Shown here piece after piece: positions 24,895-34,159 of a stretch of DNA of 64,000 bases. The notes below the pieces were generated by a model. The model saw only the letters and a program-made list of their open reading frames with translations, did not search any database and was not told the origin of the DNA. The stretch's first letter is position 1. The number at the start of each line of letters is the position of its first letter. Where the stretch lies: NCBI GenBank assembly GCA_028865345.1, contig JAGWKL010000004.1, forward strand, positions 8,457 to 72,456, given 5' to 3'. Position numbers and translations under genes: made by a program. The DNA is from Candidatus Omnitrophota bacterium (lineage in GTDB: Bacteria; Omnitrophota; Gorgyraeia; Zapsychrales; Fredricksoniimonadaceae).

Positions 24895-26880
24895 TTAATC
24901 CTTCAATCTCCGGGTGACCAGATTGACGATCTCCTCATACAGCAATTGACGGTCGATGGGTTTGGACACGTACCCGTCCATCCCCGCGCCCAGGTATTTT
25001 TCCCTGTCCCCGGCCATGGCGTTGGCCGTCATGGCGATCACCGGCACGTGCAGGCCTGTCTGTTTTTCTTCCCGGCGGATGACCGCCACGGTCTCGACAC
25101 CTCCCAAGACCGGCATGCTGTCATCCATCAGGATCACATCGAAAGTCTGATCGTTCAAAATATTCAATGCCTCCTGGCCGTTGGCGACGGCGGTCACCTG
25201 CCATCCCAATTTCTCCAGGATCTTGATGGCAATGCGTTGGTTGACCATATTGTCTTCCGCCAACAAAATACGCAAATGGTGCAGTTCCGGCGGAAGCGAA
25301 GAGCCTGCAGGCTGGTCGCCTGCTTTTTGCTCACCGGCGCCATGGCCGAACACATCAGCTTTATACCCGAAAATGATGTTAAATCGAAATGTGCTGCCTT
25401 CGCCTTCCTTACTGTCGACCTCAATGGACCCCCGCATCATCTCCACGATCTTTTTACAGATGGCCAACCCCAGGCCGGTGCCTCCATAACGCCTGGCCGT
25501 GGTATTATGCGCGTCGGTAAACACATCGAAAATATGGGGCAAATTCTTGGGCGAAATGCCGATGCCGTTATCAATGACCTCGAAGGCCAGCTCGCAATCT
25601 TTTTCTCCCTGCGATTTTACCTTGACATTGACGGTCACCTTGCCTTTATGGGTGAACTTGACGGCATTGTTGACCAAATTCACAAGGACCTGGCGGAGTC
25701 TGACGGGATCGCCGATCAAGAGCCTCGGCGTGGCCGGGTCGATGGACCAGACAACATCGATCCCTTTGTTCCTGGCCAGGACCATCAACCCCTTACATAC
25801 ATTCTTGACGATGTCAGGCACATTGATCTCGATTTCTTCAACCACCACCTTTCCCGCCTGGGCGCGGGAAAGATCAAGGATGTCATTGATGAGGGAGAGC
25901 AAGTTGTCGGCTGCATCCTTAGCCACCTTCAAATTATCTATTTGTTCCTCATTCAAAGAGGTGTCGAGCGTCAGGTCGATCATGCCGATAATGGCATTCA
26001 TGGGCGTGCGCACTTCGTGCGACATCTTGGCCAGAAAAACGCTTTTGGCATTATTGGCCTCTTCCGCGGCGAGCTTCGCCTGCACGATCAATTCTTTGGC
26101 ACGCTTTTGCTCGGTAATGTCCTGCAGCATCCCCACGGAACCGACAATGTTGCCCTGCTCATCCTTAAGGATGTTGACCGACAAATCCACATCGATGATG
26201 GTGCCGTCTTTGCGCATGGCCCTGGTTTCCAAATGGTGTTTAAAGCCGCTTTGGCGTATGTTCAACGAACGAATGGCTTTCCATTCCTCAGGCGGGTACA
26301 AGGTGTTGACGGGTCTCAACAGCAGGTCCTTGACGCCCATGCCGAAAAGCTGCTCGGCAAATTTGTTCCAGGAAACGATCCGCTCCTTTTCGTCCGTCAT
26401 GGTGATGGCCGCGGCGGAGTTGTCCAAAATGATCCTCAATTTATTCTCCGACTCACGCATCTGGTGCTCGGCCAATTTTTCGCGCGTAATATCATACAAA
26501 ATGCCGATAGACCCGACCACCCGGCCGCTTTTGTCTTTTAAAACGGAAATGGAGGCGCTGACATCCAGCAGGGACCCGTCCTTACAGATGACCTTGGTGT
26601 CGATGTTGGAAAGCATACCGTGATGGCGGATGTTCAACGAACGAAACCGCTTCCATTCCTTGGGAGGGTACAGGATGCTGACAGGCTGGTTGAATAAATC
26701 CGCCCTGCTCATGCCCAGCATCTTCTCGGCCATGGGGTTCCAGGCCACAATACGCTCCTTGCTGTCGGTCACGGTGATGGCGGAGGGGGAATTGTCAAAA
26801 ACAATCTTAAAAAGCTGTTTGGACTCGATTAAATCCTGCTCAATTTGCTGCTCGATCTTGAAATCCCTGGATTTTTTCAT
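24895..26880 (-). CDS. Hybrid sensor histidine kinase (PAS-PAS-HisKA-HATPase-REC)
   Basis: Two PAS modules are present. H-box MSHEVRTPMNAI. N/G boxes DNGIGI...GGTGLGLAI. C-terminal receiver LLAEDNMVNQ...VILMDDSMPVLGG. Confidence 0.85.
   Translation of the reverse strand: MKKSRDFKIEQQIEQDLIESKQLFKIVFDNSPSAITVTDSKERIVAWNPMAEKMLGMSRADLFNQPVSILYPPKEWKRFRSLNIRHHGMLSNIDTKVICKDGSLLDVSASISVLKDKSGRVVGSIGILYDITREKLAEHQMRESENKLRIILDNSAAAITMTDEKERIVSWNKFAEQLFGMGVKDLLLRPVNTLYPPEEWKAIRSLNIRQSGFKHHLETRAMRKDGTIIDVDLSVNILKDEQGNIVGSVGMLQDITEQKRAKELIVQAKLAAEEANNAKSVFLAKMSHEVRTPMNAIIGMIDLTLDTSLNEEQIDNLKVAKDAADNLLSLINDILDLSRAQAGKVVVEEIEINVPDIVKNVCKGLMVLARNKGIDVVWSIDPATPRLLIGDPVRLRQVLVNLVNNAVKFTHKGKVTVNVKVKSQGEKDCELAFEVIDNGIGISPKNLPHIFDVFTDAHNTTARRYGGTGLGLAICKKIVEMMRGSIEVDSKEGEGSTFRFNIIFGYKADVFGHGAGEQKAGDQPAGSSLPPELHHLRILLAEDNMVNQRIAIKILEKLGWQVTAVANGQEALNILNDQTFDVILMDDSMPVLGGVETVAVIRREEKQTGLHVPVIAMTANAMAGDREKYLGAGMDGYVSKPIDRQLLYEEIVNLVTRRLKD
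26221..26812. repeat. Intragenic tandem duplication (two PAS-encoding units about 371 bp apart)
   Basis: 26259-26315 and 26630-26685 are about 80% identical (ATGTTCAACGAACGAA..CCATTCCT..GGGTACA.GGTG.TGAC). Similarity continues for about 100 bp further along each copy. Confidence 0.5.
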
Positions 26881-27176
26881 ATTTTATTCTTGGTAAATTG
26901 GACATTTTTGGCGATCGCAAAGACGGTGAAAACCCCTATGATCGAAGCCAAAAAGAAGAGACAGATCTTGAACACATGCACCCATCCCGCATGAAATCCG
27001 GCGGGTTTAATGGCATGCATAGCCAGAAAAACCAAAAAAACGATGGGAAGAAGGACAAAGCCGCAGATAAGGAAAACAAAAAGAGAGAACAGGCAGGCGA
27101 TCAAAATGACACAAAGATTGTAGCCCAATAAAGACTTCTTGGACATTTTGCTGGCAGCAATTCCGATACGGCGCAT
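26877..27176 (-). CDS. Small 3-TM membrane protein co-transcribed with the hybrid kinase
   Basis: ATGA overlap with the kinase start. Hydrophobic segments LCVILIACLFSLFVFLICGFVLLPIVFLVF and ICLFFLASIIGVFTVF. An alternative ATG start is at 27146. Confidence 0.45.
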   Translation of the reverse strand: MRRIGIAASKMSKKSLLGYNLCVILIACLFSLFVFLICGFVLLPIVFLVFLAMHAIKPAGFHAGWVHVFKICLFFLASIIGVFTVFAIAKNVQFTKNKI

Positions 27177-27217
27177 GGCTATTATCCTACCACTTAAAAT
27201 TTAGAGCGCCAACTATA

Positions 27218-27826
27218 TTATCTCTCAAATTTTACCACATTCTGCCACCAGGCGTGGCTGTCCCAGGACCTGGCCCGTCGCCATAACCGCCTGGCAGTCA
27301 TCGTCTTAAGATAATCGGGCGCACGCTTGAAAAAGGTCCTGGCCGCCGGATAACCGTTATCCACATATTCCTTAGCCTGGATAAGACACTCTAAAATATC
27401 CGCATCCCGGGCCACGATGCTCTCGCGTGAGAGCTGACGGTCATAATCCTGCCGCATGGCCTGTAAAGCATTTTTAAGCTTCTTATCCAAATGGGAGATC
27501 TGGTCGGCAAAGGCCTTCTGTTCCGCATGGCGGAAATCGATGTAACGATGCCCCATTTTATGGAGATCATTGATGCGCGCCTCATGGATATCGTTAAAAA
27601 GCGTCATGGTCACGACCTTGAAGCAATCGGCCTTCTCGCCATGGGCGATGCAGTAGCCGATGACCGCGCAGCGGAAGCAATGTTCTGCCACGGTCTCAGG
27701 GTTTTCGATGCCGGCCACCCACCAGCCGCTTCGCTTCACGCGTTTTAAAAGCCCGGCCTCGGCGAAAAAATTAAGAATTGCCGTTTCGGGAAGGATTTTC
27801 TTATCTTTTCTGGCGGATGATTTCAT
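27218..27826 (-). CDS. HD-domain phosphohydrolase (YfbR-like 5'-deoxynucleotidase family)
   Basis: HD motif context ETVAEHCFRCAVIGYCIAH...FNDIHEARINDL. The start was trimmed to MKSSARKD. The gene still overlaps the end of rlmB by about 26 nt. Confidence 0.6.
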   Translation of the reverse strand: MKSSARKDKKILPETAILNFFAEAGLLKRVKRSGWWVAGIENPETVAEHCFRCAVIGYCIAHGEKADCFKVVTMTLFNDIHEARINDLHKMGHRYIDFRHAEQKAFADQISHLDKKLKNALQAMRQDYDRQLSRESIVARDADILECLIQAKEYVDNGYPAARTFFKRAPDYLKTMTARRLWRRARSWDSHAWWQNVVKFER

Positions 27827-28517
27827 AGCACACCATGGACGTCGCGTGCGCGACATTTAAAGACATGCGTTGATTTTTCATGGGGACCATCACCTGCATA
27901 TCTAATTTTTTAAGGATGATGTCCCGCAATCCCTTTTCCTCGGAACCCATGACCAGCCCCAAAGGAAACTGCAATCCGGTCCCTGTAAGGCTGCCGGCGC
28001 CTTCGACAACGGTCCCCAGGATCCAGAACCCCATTTTCTTGGCTTTCTCAATGGCATTACCCAAATTAGCCACCCTGGCCACACTCAAATAATTCTCGCC
28101 GCCGCAGGCCACCCTTAACACCGATTCGGTGACGCCGACCGATTCCGTAGTAGGCAGGACAATGTCGAAACCGCCCAGGGCCCCGCAGGTGCGGATGATG
28201 CCGCCCAGGTTTTGCGGGTCGTTGAGCTTGTCCAGGAAAACCGGTGTGCGCTTTTTATCAAGCGCCTGTTGGAGCAGTTCATCAATGGACATGTAGACAA
28301 ATTCGCCGATCTCCGCCAGAATGCCCTGGGTGTTCAAATTTTGGGCCATACGCTGGATCTTGGAATGCGGCACCGTCGCTACACTGATCCCCCATTGATG
28401 GCATTTCTTGCGGACATAGGTCAAGTCCGCATGGCACTCATCGATCATGAGGCGCTGGATGGATTTCGGATTGGCCTTGAGCCGTTCGATGACCGGATTT
28501 TTGCCGTACAGTTTCAT
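27801..28517 (-). CDS. rlmB: 23S rRNA (guanosine-2'-O)-methyltransferase RlmB (SpoU/TrmH family)
   Basis: N-terminal substrate-binding domain ([23 protein letters not shown]). SpoU motifs NLGGIIRTCGALGG and LVMGSEEKGL. Confidence 0.75.
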   Translation of the reverse strand: MKLYGKNPVIERLKANPKSIQRLMIDECHADLTYVRKKCHQWGISVATVPHSKIQRMAQNLNTQGILAEIGEFVYMSIDELLQQALDKKRTPVFLDKLNDPQNLGGIIRTCGALGGFDIVLPTTESVGVTESVLRVACGGENYLSVARVANLGNAIEKAKKMGFWILGTVVEGAGSLTGTGLQFPLGLVMGSEEKGLRDIILKKLDMQVMVPMKNQRMSLNVAHATSMVCYEIIRQKR

Positions 28518-29251
28518 TTTTTAATCCCCAATCGCAAATAGAATAAGGGTCTCAGGATGCTCCACCAGCTGACGATAGGGACCATCTTGGTATATCCGCC
28601 CAATTTTTTGGGCGGATAGATCTTGGTCACAAAAGCTTCCTTATATTTATAGCCCAGCGTGATCACCTTCCATAATATATACGGCTCCAGCTCATAGGTG
28701 TTGAGCCAATCCTGGTTGAGATTGATGCGTTGATCGTCAAAAAGGCCGAGCCGGATGGCCCTGAAACCGTTGGTGGTGTCCGTCAGGCGGCGGCCGGTAA
28801 AAAGAGAAAACACAAAAGGGTGCAGCCGGGTGGCGAACTTTCTGTAAAAAGGCATCTGCCCGCCTGATCCCACCTTTCCCAAATAACGGGAACCTTGCAC
28901 CAGATCGCAGCCTTCATCGATAACGGGCCCAAGCAATTGAGGGATCTCTTCGGGATTGTCCTTGTCATTGCCTGCCATGATGACGATGATCTCATAGCCG
29001 TTGTTTCTGGCATATTCGATCCCGGTGCGGATGGCCGCTCCCACCCCGCGGCGTAGAGGATGTATGATGGTCTTAACGCCGCGGTCTTTAAAGGACGCGA
29101 TCATTTCGGTCGTGCCGTCATCGGAGCCGTCATCCACGATCAAATAATCCGCCTGGGACGGCATCCGGCTCCTGAGGAACCGTTCAATGACATTGCCCAG
29201 TTTGACCTTCTCGTTATACGCAACCGGCACTACTAAAATCTTAGGCGTCAT
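28514..29251 (-). CDS. GT2 family glycosyltransferase (polyprenol-phosphate sugar synthase, DPM1/ArnC-like)
   Basis: VVPVAYNEK...[12 protein letters not shown] (DXD-type). 245 aa, soluble. Confidence 0.7.
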   Translation of the reverse strand: MTPKILVVPVAYNEKVKLGNVIERFLRSRMPSQADYLIVDDGSDDGTTEMIASFKDRGVKTIIHPLRRGVGAAIRTGIEYARNNGYEIIVIMAGNDKDNPEEIPQLLGPVIDEGCDLVQGSRYLGKVGSGGQMPFYRKFATRLHPFVFSLFTGRRLTDTTNGFRAIRLGLFDDQRINLNQDWLNTYELEPYILWKVITLGYKYKEAFVTKIYPPKKLGGYTKMVPIVSWWSILRPLFYLRLGIKK

Positions 29252-29801
29252 AAGGAATGATCTTGTTATTGCTCATCCGGTAGGATGCGCCGCAGGCGCA
29301 TTTGAACTGATCATTCAAGGTGCGGCCGCAACGGCAGGCATATCCCGTCATGCGCGCCGGATTCCCGACGACAATGACGTAATCTGGGACATTTTTGACA
29401 ACTACGCTCCCTGCACCCACGACCGCGTACGCCCCGATCGTGATCCCGCACATGACCGTGGCATTGGCGCCTATCGTCGCCCCCCTGGCCACCAGGGTCT
29501 TTTCCAGGGTCCAGGCGTCCCCACGATGACTGCGTGGATTGCGGTCATTGATAAAGGCAACCCCGAAAGAGATAAACGCGTCGTCTTCGATCGTCACTCC
29601 GTCGAAAACCGCCACCCCGTTCTTGACGGTCACGTGGTCGCCGATGACCGCACCTTTTTCGATATAACAGCCATCGCCGACATTGCAATGCGCGCCGATG
29701 ACCGCACCTTCCATGATATTGGCATTGGCCCAGATGCGACTTCCCTCGCCGATCTGCGCTTTCGGATGCACCATGGCCCGTTCATGCTTGAAAAACTTCA
29801 T
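29241..29801 (-). CDS. Hexapeptide-repeat sugar N-acetyltransferase (WbpD/PglD-like)
   Basis: Left-handed beta-helix repeats [30 protein letters not shown] PglD/WbpD-like His-containing C-terminal segment is present. Confidence 0.7.
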   Translation of the reverse strand: MKFFKHERAMVHPKAQIGEGSRIWANANIMEGAVIGAHCNVGDGCYIEKGAVIGDHVTVKNGVAVFDGVTIEDDAFISFGVAFINDRNPRSHRGDAWTLEKTLVARGATIGANATVMCGITIGAYAVVGAGSVVVKNVPDYVIVVGNPARMTGYACRCGRTLNDQFKCACGASYRMSNNKIIPYDA

Positions 29802-30811
29802 AAATTGACCACTTCTCCCCTGCGGTTGATGGACTCACCGATAGCCGCCAAAGTGCGCACCACGTCTGCGGCTTTGCCCGCATCCGCCAGCAAAGGCGGC
29901 TGGTTTTTCTCCACGCATTGTAAAAAATATTGAGCCTGCGCTTTCAAAGGCTCGTTAAACCCGATCTTGGGGATCGTAATGCTGCCTTCACGGGAAAGCA
30001 ACTGGAATTCTCCATAAGTTTCATAGTAGACAGAGGTCTTTTCCACATGTTTGTCATAAAGTTTGATCGGGCCTTCGGTATCCAGGTCGTCCCAGGCCAC
30101 CATTTTCTGGTTTCCCACGACGGTGATCTGGCGCACCTTCTTAGGGTCCAGCCAGCTGACGTGCACATTGACCATGATATTGTCCGGATAATCGATGGCG
30201 GCGAATCCCAGATCATCCAAATGACCGCCCAGGCATTTATGCCCGCGCGCCGAGACAGATAGCGGCGCGCTGTCAAAAAGAAAATTGAAGATAGCAATGT
30301 CATGCGGGGCCAGGTCCCAAAGGGCATTGACATCGTAACGGAAAGGCCCCAGATTTGTGCGCTGGGAATGCGCGTAATGGACCTTGCCTATTTCGCCTGA
30401 CTGGATATATTCACGCAATTTGACGATGCCCTGATTGAAGATGAAAATATGCCCGGTCATCAATATCCTCTCCAAGGACCTGGACACATCGCCTAACTGC
30501 AGGCATTCTTCCGGCCGCATGGCCAACGGTTTTTCACAAAGCACATGCTTGCCCGCCTGCAGGGCTTCCAGGGTGATCTTAAAATGGAAATTGGTGGGCA
30601 CGGCGACAACCACGGCGTCGATGCCGGGATTTTTAAGGATATCATTATGGTCTTTGGTGGTTTGGATTTCAGGAAAAAGGGCCTTGATGGCTGACAGACG
30701 TTTTTCGTCGAGGTCCGCGACCATCAACACCTTGGAATTGGCCAACTGGGAAAAAACGCGTATGTGATTTGGTCCCCAATGTCCGCAGCCGATGACGCCG
30801 ATAGAGATCAT
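29798..30811 (-). CDS. Gfo/Idh/MocA-family NAD-dependent sugar oxidoreductase (WbpB-like)
   Basis: [12 protein letters not shown] Rossmann motif and EKPLA motif. ATG at 30809-30811. The ORF-track start at 30838 is TTG. Confidence 0.75.
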   Translation of the reverse strand: MISIGVIGCGHWGPNHIRVFSQLANSKVLMVADLDEKRLSAIKALFPEIQTTKDHNDILKNPGIDAVVVAVPTNFHFKITLEALQAGKHVLCEKPLAMRPEECLQLGDVSRSLERILMTGHIFIFNQGIVKLREYIQSGEIGKVHYAHSQRTNLGPFRYDVNALWDLAPHDIAIFNFLFDSAPLSVSARGHKCLGGHLDDLGFAAIDYPDNIMVNVHVSWLDPKKVRQITVVGNQKMVAWDDLDTEGPIKLYDKHVEKTSVYYETYGEFQLLSREGSITIPKIGFNEPLKAQAQYFLQCVEKNQPPLLADAGKAADVVRTLAAIGESINRRGEVVNL

Positions 30812-30885
30812 GATTTGCCGCCCCTGGTTTAAATTCAACCCATTATACTTAAAACTGTCCTAAACCCAAAATCTTTATTTACGGA

Positions 30886-30962
30886 ATATTCCCTGATATC
30901 CCCTTGTTGCTTGCCAGGCAAAGCTAAGTTAGACATATTCCCTATTGCTTGCCCGGCAGCAG
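30886..30962. promoter_or_regulatory. Direct-repeat element in a divergent promoter region
   Basis: Two copies of ATATTCCCT...TTGCTTGCC(A/C)GGCA are spaced about 50 bp apart (30886-30921 and 30936-30962). The first copy contains the 5-1-5 palindrome TTGCC-A-GGCAA. They lie between the divergent starts at 30811 (minus) and 30980 (plus). Confidence 0.4.
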
Positions 30963-30979
30963 TGGTTTAGAATGTCGGC

Positions 30980-31402
30980 ATGTGGCAAAGGAGAATAAAA
31001 ATCATTTTCCTGGCCTGCGTGATCTTTGCCGCGGCCTTTGACCTCTGGCGGGCCTATGCCCAGGCTGTTTTCCAGTTCCAGGACCACGCCACCGTCCCCT
31101 TGCACAGTCTGGGATATCCATTTATGGGCCTGGAAAGTCTTTTTAAGGACGTCCCTGGGGTCGGCTATTACACCGATCAAACGATAGATTCCGGCAACCC
31201 CCTGGCCACCGCCCAATTTGAACTGGCCCAATATATGCTGGCCCCGACGGTGCTGGACTTGAACCATCCCCGATGGCGCTGGGACATCTTTGCTTGCACC
31301 AGTCCCCAGACGGCCCTGGAGGCCATCAAACGCCTGGGGCTCGTTCCTTTGAAAACGAACCACGGCATCATTTTGGCTTATAACCCTCGTGGCATCGATT
31401 GA
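30980..31402 (+). CDS. Small membrane-anchored protein of unknown function
   Basis: N-terminal transmembrane helix IKIIFLACVIFAAAF. ATGA overlap with the downstream gene. The competing minus-strand ORF 30929..31363 is Gly-rich and looks like antisense noise. Confidence 0.45.
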   Translation: MWQRRIKIIFLACVIFAAAFDLWRAYAQAVFQFQDHATVPLHSLGYPFMGLESLFKDVPGVGYYTDQTIDSGNPLATAQFELAQYMLAPTVLDLNHPRWRWDIFACTSPQTALEAIKRLGLVPLKTNHGIILAYNPRGID

Positions 31403-32718
31403 TGATTTATTTGCTTGGTCTCCTTATTAGTTTGACGGCAGGCCTTCTTTTTATCCGCGTGTTCGCATCCAAACGCCTCGAAGCTGTGCTGCATCTTCTA
31501 CTGGCCTTGAGTTTGGGCCTGGGGCTCGTGGGTACATCCGCCTTTTATGTGCATATTCTTTTAAACCAATTCAACCGCTTTATTCCCGTCGCGGTCGTCC
31601 TGTCCGGGACCCTCGTCTCATTTTTTATAAAACCTTTTTCTCTTCCGCAATTGCGGATGACCAAAGCCCATGCCTTGGGCCTGTTGGTCTTGGGTCTCAT
31701 CGCTGTTCCTCTGGCTGTCTGCGCCCACTATTATCCCTTCGGCGGATGGGACGCGTGGTCCTGCTGGAATCTGAAAGCAAAATTCATCTTTCTGGGTCAT
31801 GAGCACTGGAAGGAAGTCCTCGCCCCCAGTTTTTGGCGCAGCAATACGCAATATCCCCTGCTTTGGCCCCTGATCAATGTATGGTTTTGGGACCTGGGGG
31901 GCAAATTCAGCCAGGCCGTACCCATGCTCAATAGTGTTGTCATCGCCCTGTTGACCGCCGGGGTATTGTTTTTCGGACTGCTGGAACTGACCGGCCGTAT
32001 GTGGCCGAACCTCCTGGCCGTTTTCATCATCATGGCCGTGCCCTTCAATATCATTTTATACGCCAGCCAATACAGCGACAGCCTGCTGGGCCTTTACCTG
32101 TTGTCCTCCTTCCTGTGCCTGCTGCTGGCGGAGAAATATAATGAAGCAAACTTCAGAATATTAAGCATGGTATTTTTGGGATTGATGAGTTTTGCCAAAG
32201 ATGAAGGCCTGGCAGCTGCTGTGATCGCGGCCTTCGTTATTTATTGGCACCTGCTGCCTAAAAAGAATGGGGTTGGGCTCAAAGCATTTTGGAAAGACAA
32301 TGGCAAGTTGATCTTCTGGTTTATCGTCGCGGCCCTGCCGACTGTTATTTTCAAACTGTTTCTTGCGCCTAAAAACGTGGCTTTTATCAACGGATTGGTG
32401 TCGGCGGATAAACCCACCGATTGGGCACGCTTGGCCGTCATTGCAGTTTATCCCTGGTTTGAGTTTATATCGGCCAAATGGGGCGGATTTTGGCTTCTGG
32501 CTGCAGGCGGCATCTTATTGGCCGGGAAAAAATTGTGGCGGACGGCCGCGGGTACAATCGGATTGACTCTGGTGTTCTATCTGGGTGTGGTTCTGGCTTA
32601 TTATGCGCTGAATACTTACTTTGAAATCGGCTGGTGGATGTCAACGACCCTTTCACGCATCCTCTTTGCTCTTTTGCCTACGGTCGTCTTATGGATAGGA
32701 TACGGCCTGGAAACTTAA
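31399..32718 (+). CDS. Polytopic membrane protein (about 12 TM), possible GT-C-type glycosyltransferase / glycan polymerase
   Basis: 439 aa with many hydrophobic helices. Located in a glycan-gene neighbourhood. No definitive motif was recognised. Confidence 0.4.
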   Translation: MMIYLLGLLISLTAGLLFIRVFASKRLEAVLHLLLALSLGLGLVGTSAFYVHILLNQFNRFIPVAVVLSGTLVSFFIKPFSLPQLRMTKAHALGLLVLGLIAVPLAVCAHYYPFGGWDAWSCWNLKAKFIFLGHEHWKEVLAPSFWRSNTQYPLLWPLINVWFWDLGGKFSQAVPMLNSVVIALLTAGVLFFGLLELTGRMWPNLLAVFIIMAVPFNIILYASQYSDSLLGLYLLSSFLCLLLAEKYNEANFRILSMVFLGLMSFAKDEGLAAAVIAAFVIYWHLLPKKNGVGLKAFWKDNGKLIFWFIVAALPTVIFKLFLAPKNVAFINGLVSADKPTDWARLAVIAVYPWFEFISAKWGGFWLLAAGGILLAGKKLWRTAAGTIGLTLVFYLGVVLAYYALNTYFEIGWWMSTTLSRILFALLPTVVLWIGYGLET

Positions 32719-33191
32719 GGCCGCTTGATCTTCTTGATCTTATATTTTAATACTCCCGCCGGGACCTTGATCTCCAGGGTCTCCCCCGCCTTGTGCCCCA
32801 AGAGGCCTTGGCCTATGGGTGAATGGATGGAAATCTTGTTTTCATCGTAATTGGCCTCTTCCGGCGAGACCAGCATATAGGTCAATTCTTCGTCGTTGTC
32901 CACATCCTGCATGGTGACAATGGCGCCGATGAATATCTTGTCGGCGGGAATGTTCTCGTTCTCGATGATGCGCACGTTGGCCAGCCTGCCTTCCAGTTCG
33001 GCAATGCGTGCCTCATTATGCGCCTGCGCCTCCTTGGCCGCATCATATTCCGCGTTCTCTGAAATATCTCCCTGGGCGCGGGCCTCGCCGATGGCTTTGG
33101 CGATCTTTTGGCGCTCGACGGACTTGAGGGTTTCCAATTGGGACTGAAGTTTTTGAAACCCTGCCTTGGTCAGGTAAACTTCGTTTCCCAT
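32715..33191 (-). CDS. greA: Transcription elongation factor GreA
   Basis: N-terminal coiled-coil with acidic tip (LTKAGFQKLQSQLE...RAQGDISENAEYDAAKE). C-terminal FKBP-like domain. The start is at MGNEVY. Confidence 0.85.
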   Translation of the reverse strand: MGNEVYLTKAGFQKLQSQLETLKSVERQKIAKAIGEARAQGDISENAEYDAAKEAQAHNEARIAELEGRLANVRIIENENIPADKIFIGAIVTMQDVDNDEELTYMLVSPEEANYDENKISIHSPIGQGLLGHKAGETLEIKVPAGVLKYKIKKIKRP

Positions 33192-33192
33192 T

Positions 33193-33423
33193 TTACATCG
33201 CCTCAATGGCCTTCATCATGATCGGGACAACGGCCTGCGCCTCTTCCTTGCTCAAACGGCCCAACTTGGTGAAGCTCCACTGGCCGTCGATCTGGTTCTC
33301 GCGGGTGATCTGCAGCTTCTTGGGCGCCCCATTATAGGAATAAACGCCGACACTGATGCGGGTGTTCGTAAAGTCGATGACCTCCTTGAAGGAAGACACA
33401 TCCAGTGATTGATCGTAAGGCAT
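33193..33423 (-). CDS. Small hypothetical protein (76 aa)
   Basis: ORF translationally coupled to greA. No recognisable motif. Confidence 0.35.
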   Translation of the reverse strand: MPYDQSLDVSSFKEVIDFTNTRISVGVYSYNGAPKKLQITRENQIDGQWSFTKLGRLSKEEAQAVVPIMMKAIEAM

Positions 33424-33448
33424 TTGCTTTTGTCCTTTCTTTAAACGA

Positions 33449-33751
33449 TTACGACAGCCCCGGCAAATTAAACCCGGGCATGTTCTTCATTTTATTGGCC
33501 GCTGCCTGCTGGGAACGTTTTACGGCGGTATTCAAATTCTTCAACAGGTCCATTTGAATGCGGTTCTTATTGCCGGCATTTAAAAGGCTTTCATCGATCT
33601 CGATGGACTGGAATATCTGCGCCCCGTTGACGACAAGCTTGATGCCCCTGCTCTCCGAGACCTCAATGATGGTGGCTTCCAGCTCTTTTTTGAGTATGTC
33701 CGCCTGTTTCTTCATTTCCATTAACTTTTTGACTTGATCTAACATGCGCAA
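33449..33751 (-). CDS. ybaB: Nucleoid-associated protein YbaB/EbfC
   Basis: About 100 aa. Conserved central tweezer-domain segment EVSESRGIKLVVNGAQIFQSIEIDESLL. C-terminal PGFNLPGL. Confidence 0.75.
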   Translation of the reverse strand: MRMLDQVKKLMEMKKQADILKKELEATIIEVSESRGIKLVVNGAQIFQSIEIDESLLNAGNKNRIQMDLLKNLNTAVKRSQQAAANKMKNMPGFNLPGLS

Positions 33752-33834
33752 CTCCTGTTGGAAATTCTAAATTATATATAAACTATGGAAAGTACTTTAT
33801 ACCCCAAGTTTCAATTTTTTGCAAGCAATAACCT

Positions 33835-34137
33835 TTATTGCAGTCTCAGAGCCATGGTGTATAAGCTCGCCACCAAAAACTTTTGAAGGAACGCAATGAT
33901 CAACCAGGCGATGATCGGCGAAATATCAATGGGCATCGGCGGCAACAGGCGGCGGATCGGCTCCAGCACAGGGTCCGTGACGCGAACCAGGAACTGGACG
34001 ATGGGATTGAACGGGTCAGGATTGACCCAGCTTATCAGGGCCCGGATCAGGATCAGCCACCACATGATCGTCAAAAAGGCGTCGATCACCCAGGCCAAGG
34101 CATCCACAAAATTACCAAAAACAAACATAAAAACCAC
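33835..34137 (-). CDS. yggT: YggT-family membrane protein
   Basis: Two-TM protein with WWLILIRALISWV...PIRRLLPP. Confidence 0.7.
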   Translation of the reverse strand: MVFMFVFGNFVDALAWVIDAFLTIMWWLILIRALISWVNPDPFNPIVQFLVRVTDPVLEPIRRLLPPMPIDISPIIAWLIIAFLQKFLVASLYTMALRLQ

Positions 34138-34159
34138 CTTCCTTAAAAATTAACGAAAC

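Noticed and set aside
24946-26623. Long plus-strand ORFs (531 aa at 24946..26541 and 374 aa at 25499..26623) antisense to the hybrid kinase.
   Set aside because: They are low-complexity, Gly/Arg/His-rich translations with no domain-like patterns. They overlap a minus-strand gene with clear HisKA/HATPase/REC motifs. These are typical shadow ORFs of GC-rich coding DNA.
30929-31363. 144-aa minus-strand ORF overlapping the plus-strand gene 30980..31402.
   Set aside because: The Gly-rich low-complexity translation (GQGVAGIYRLIGVIADP...GGGQ) looks like antisense noise. The plus-strand ORF has a transmembrane helix and an ATGA coupling to the next gene.
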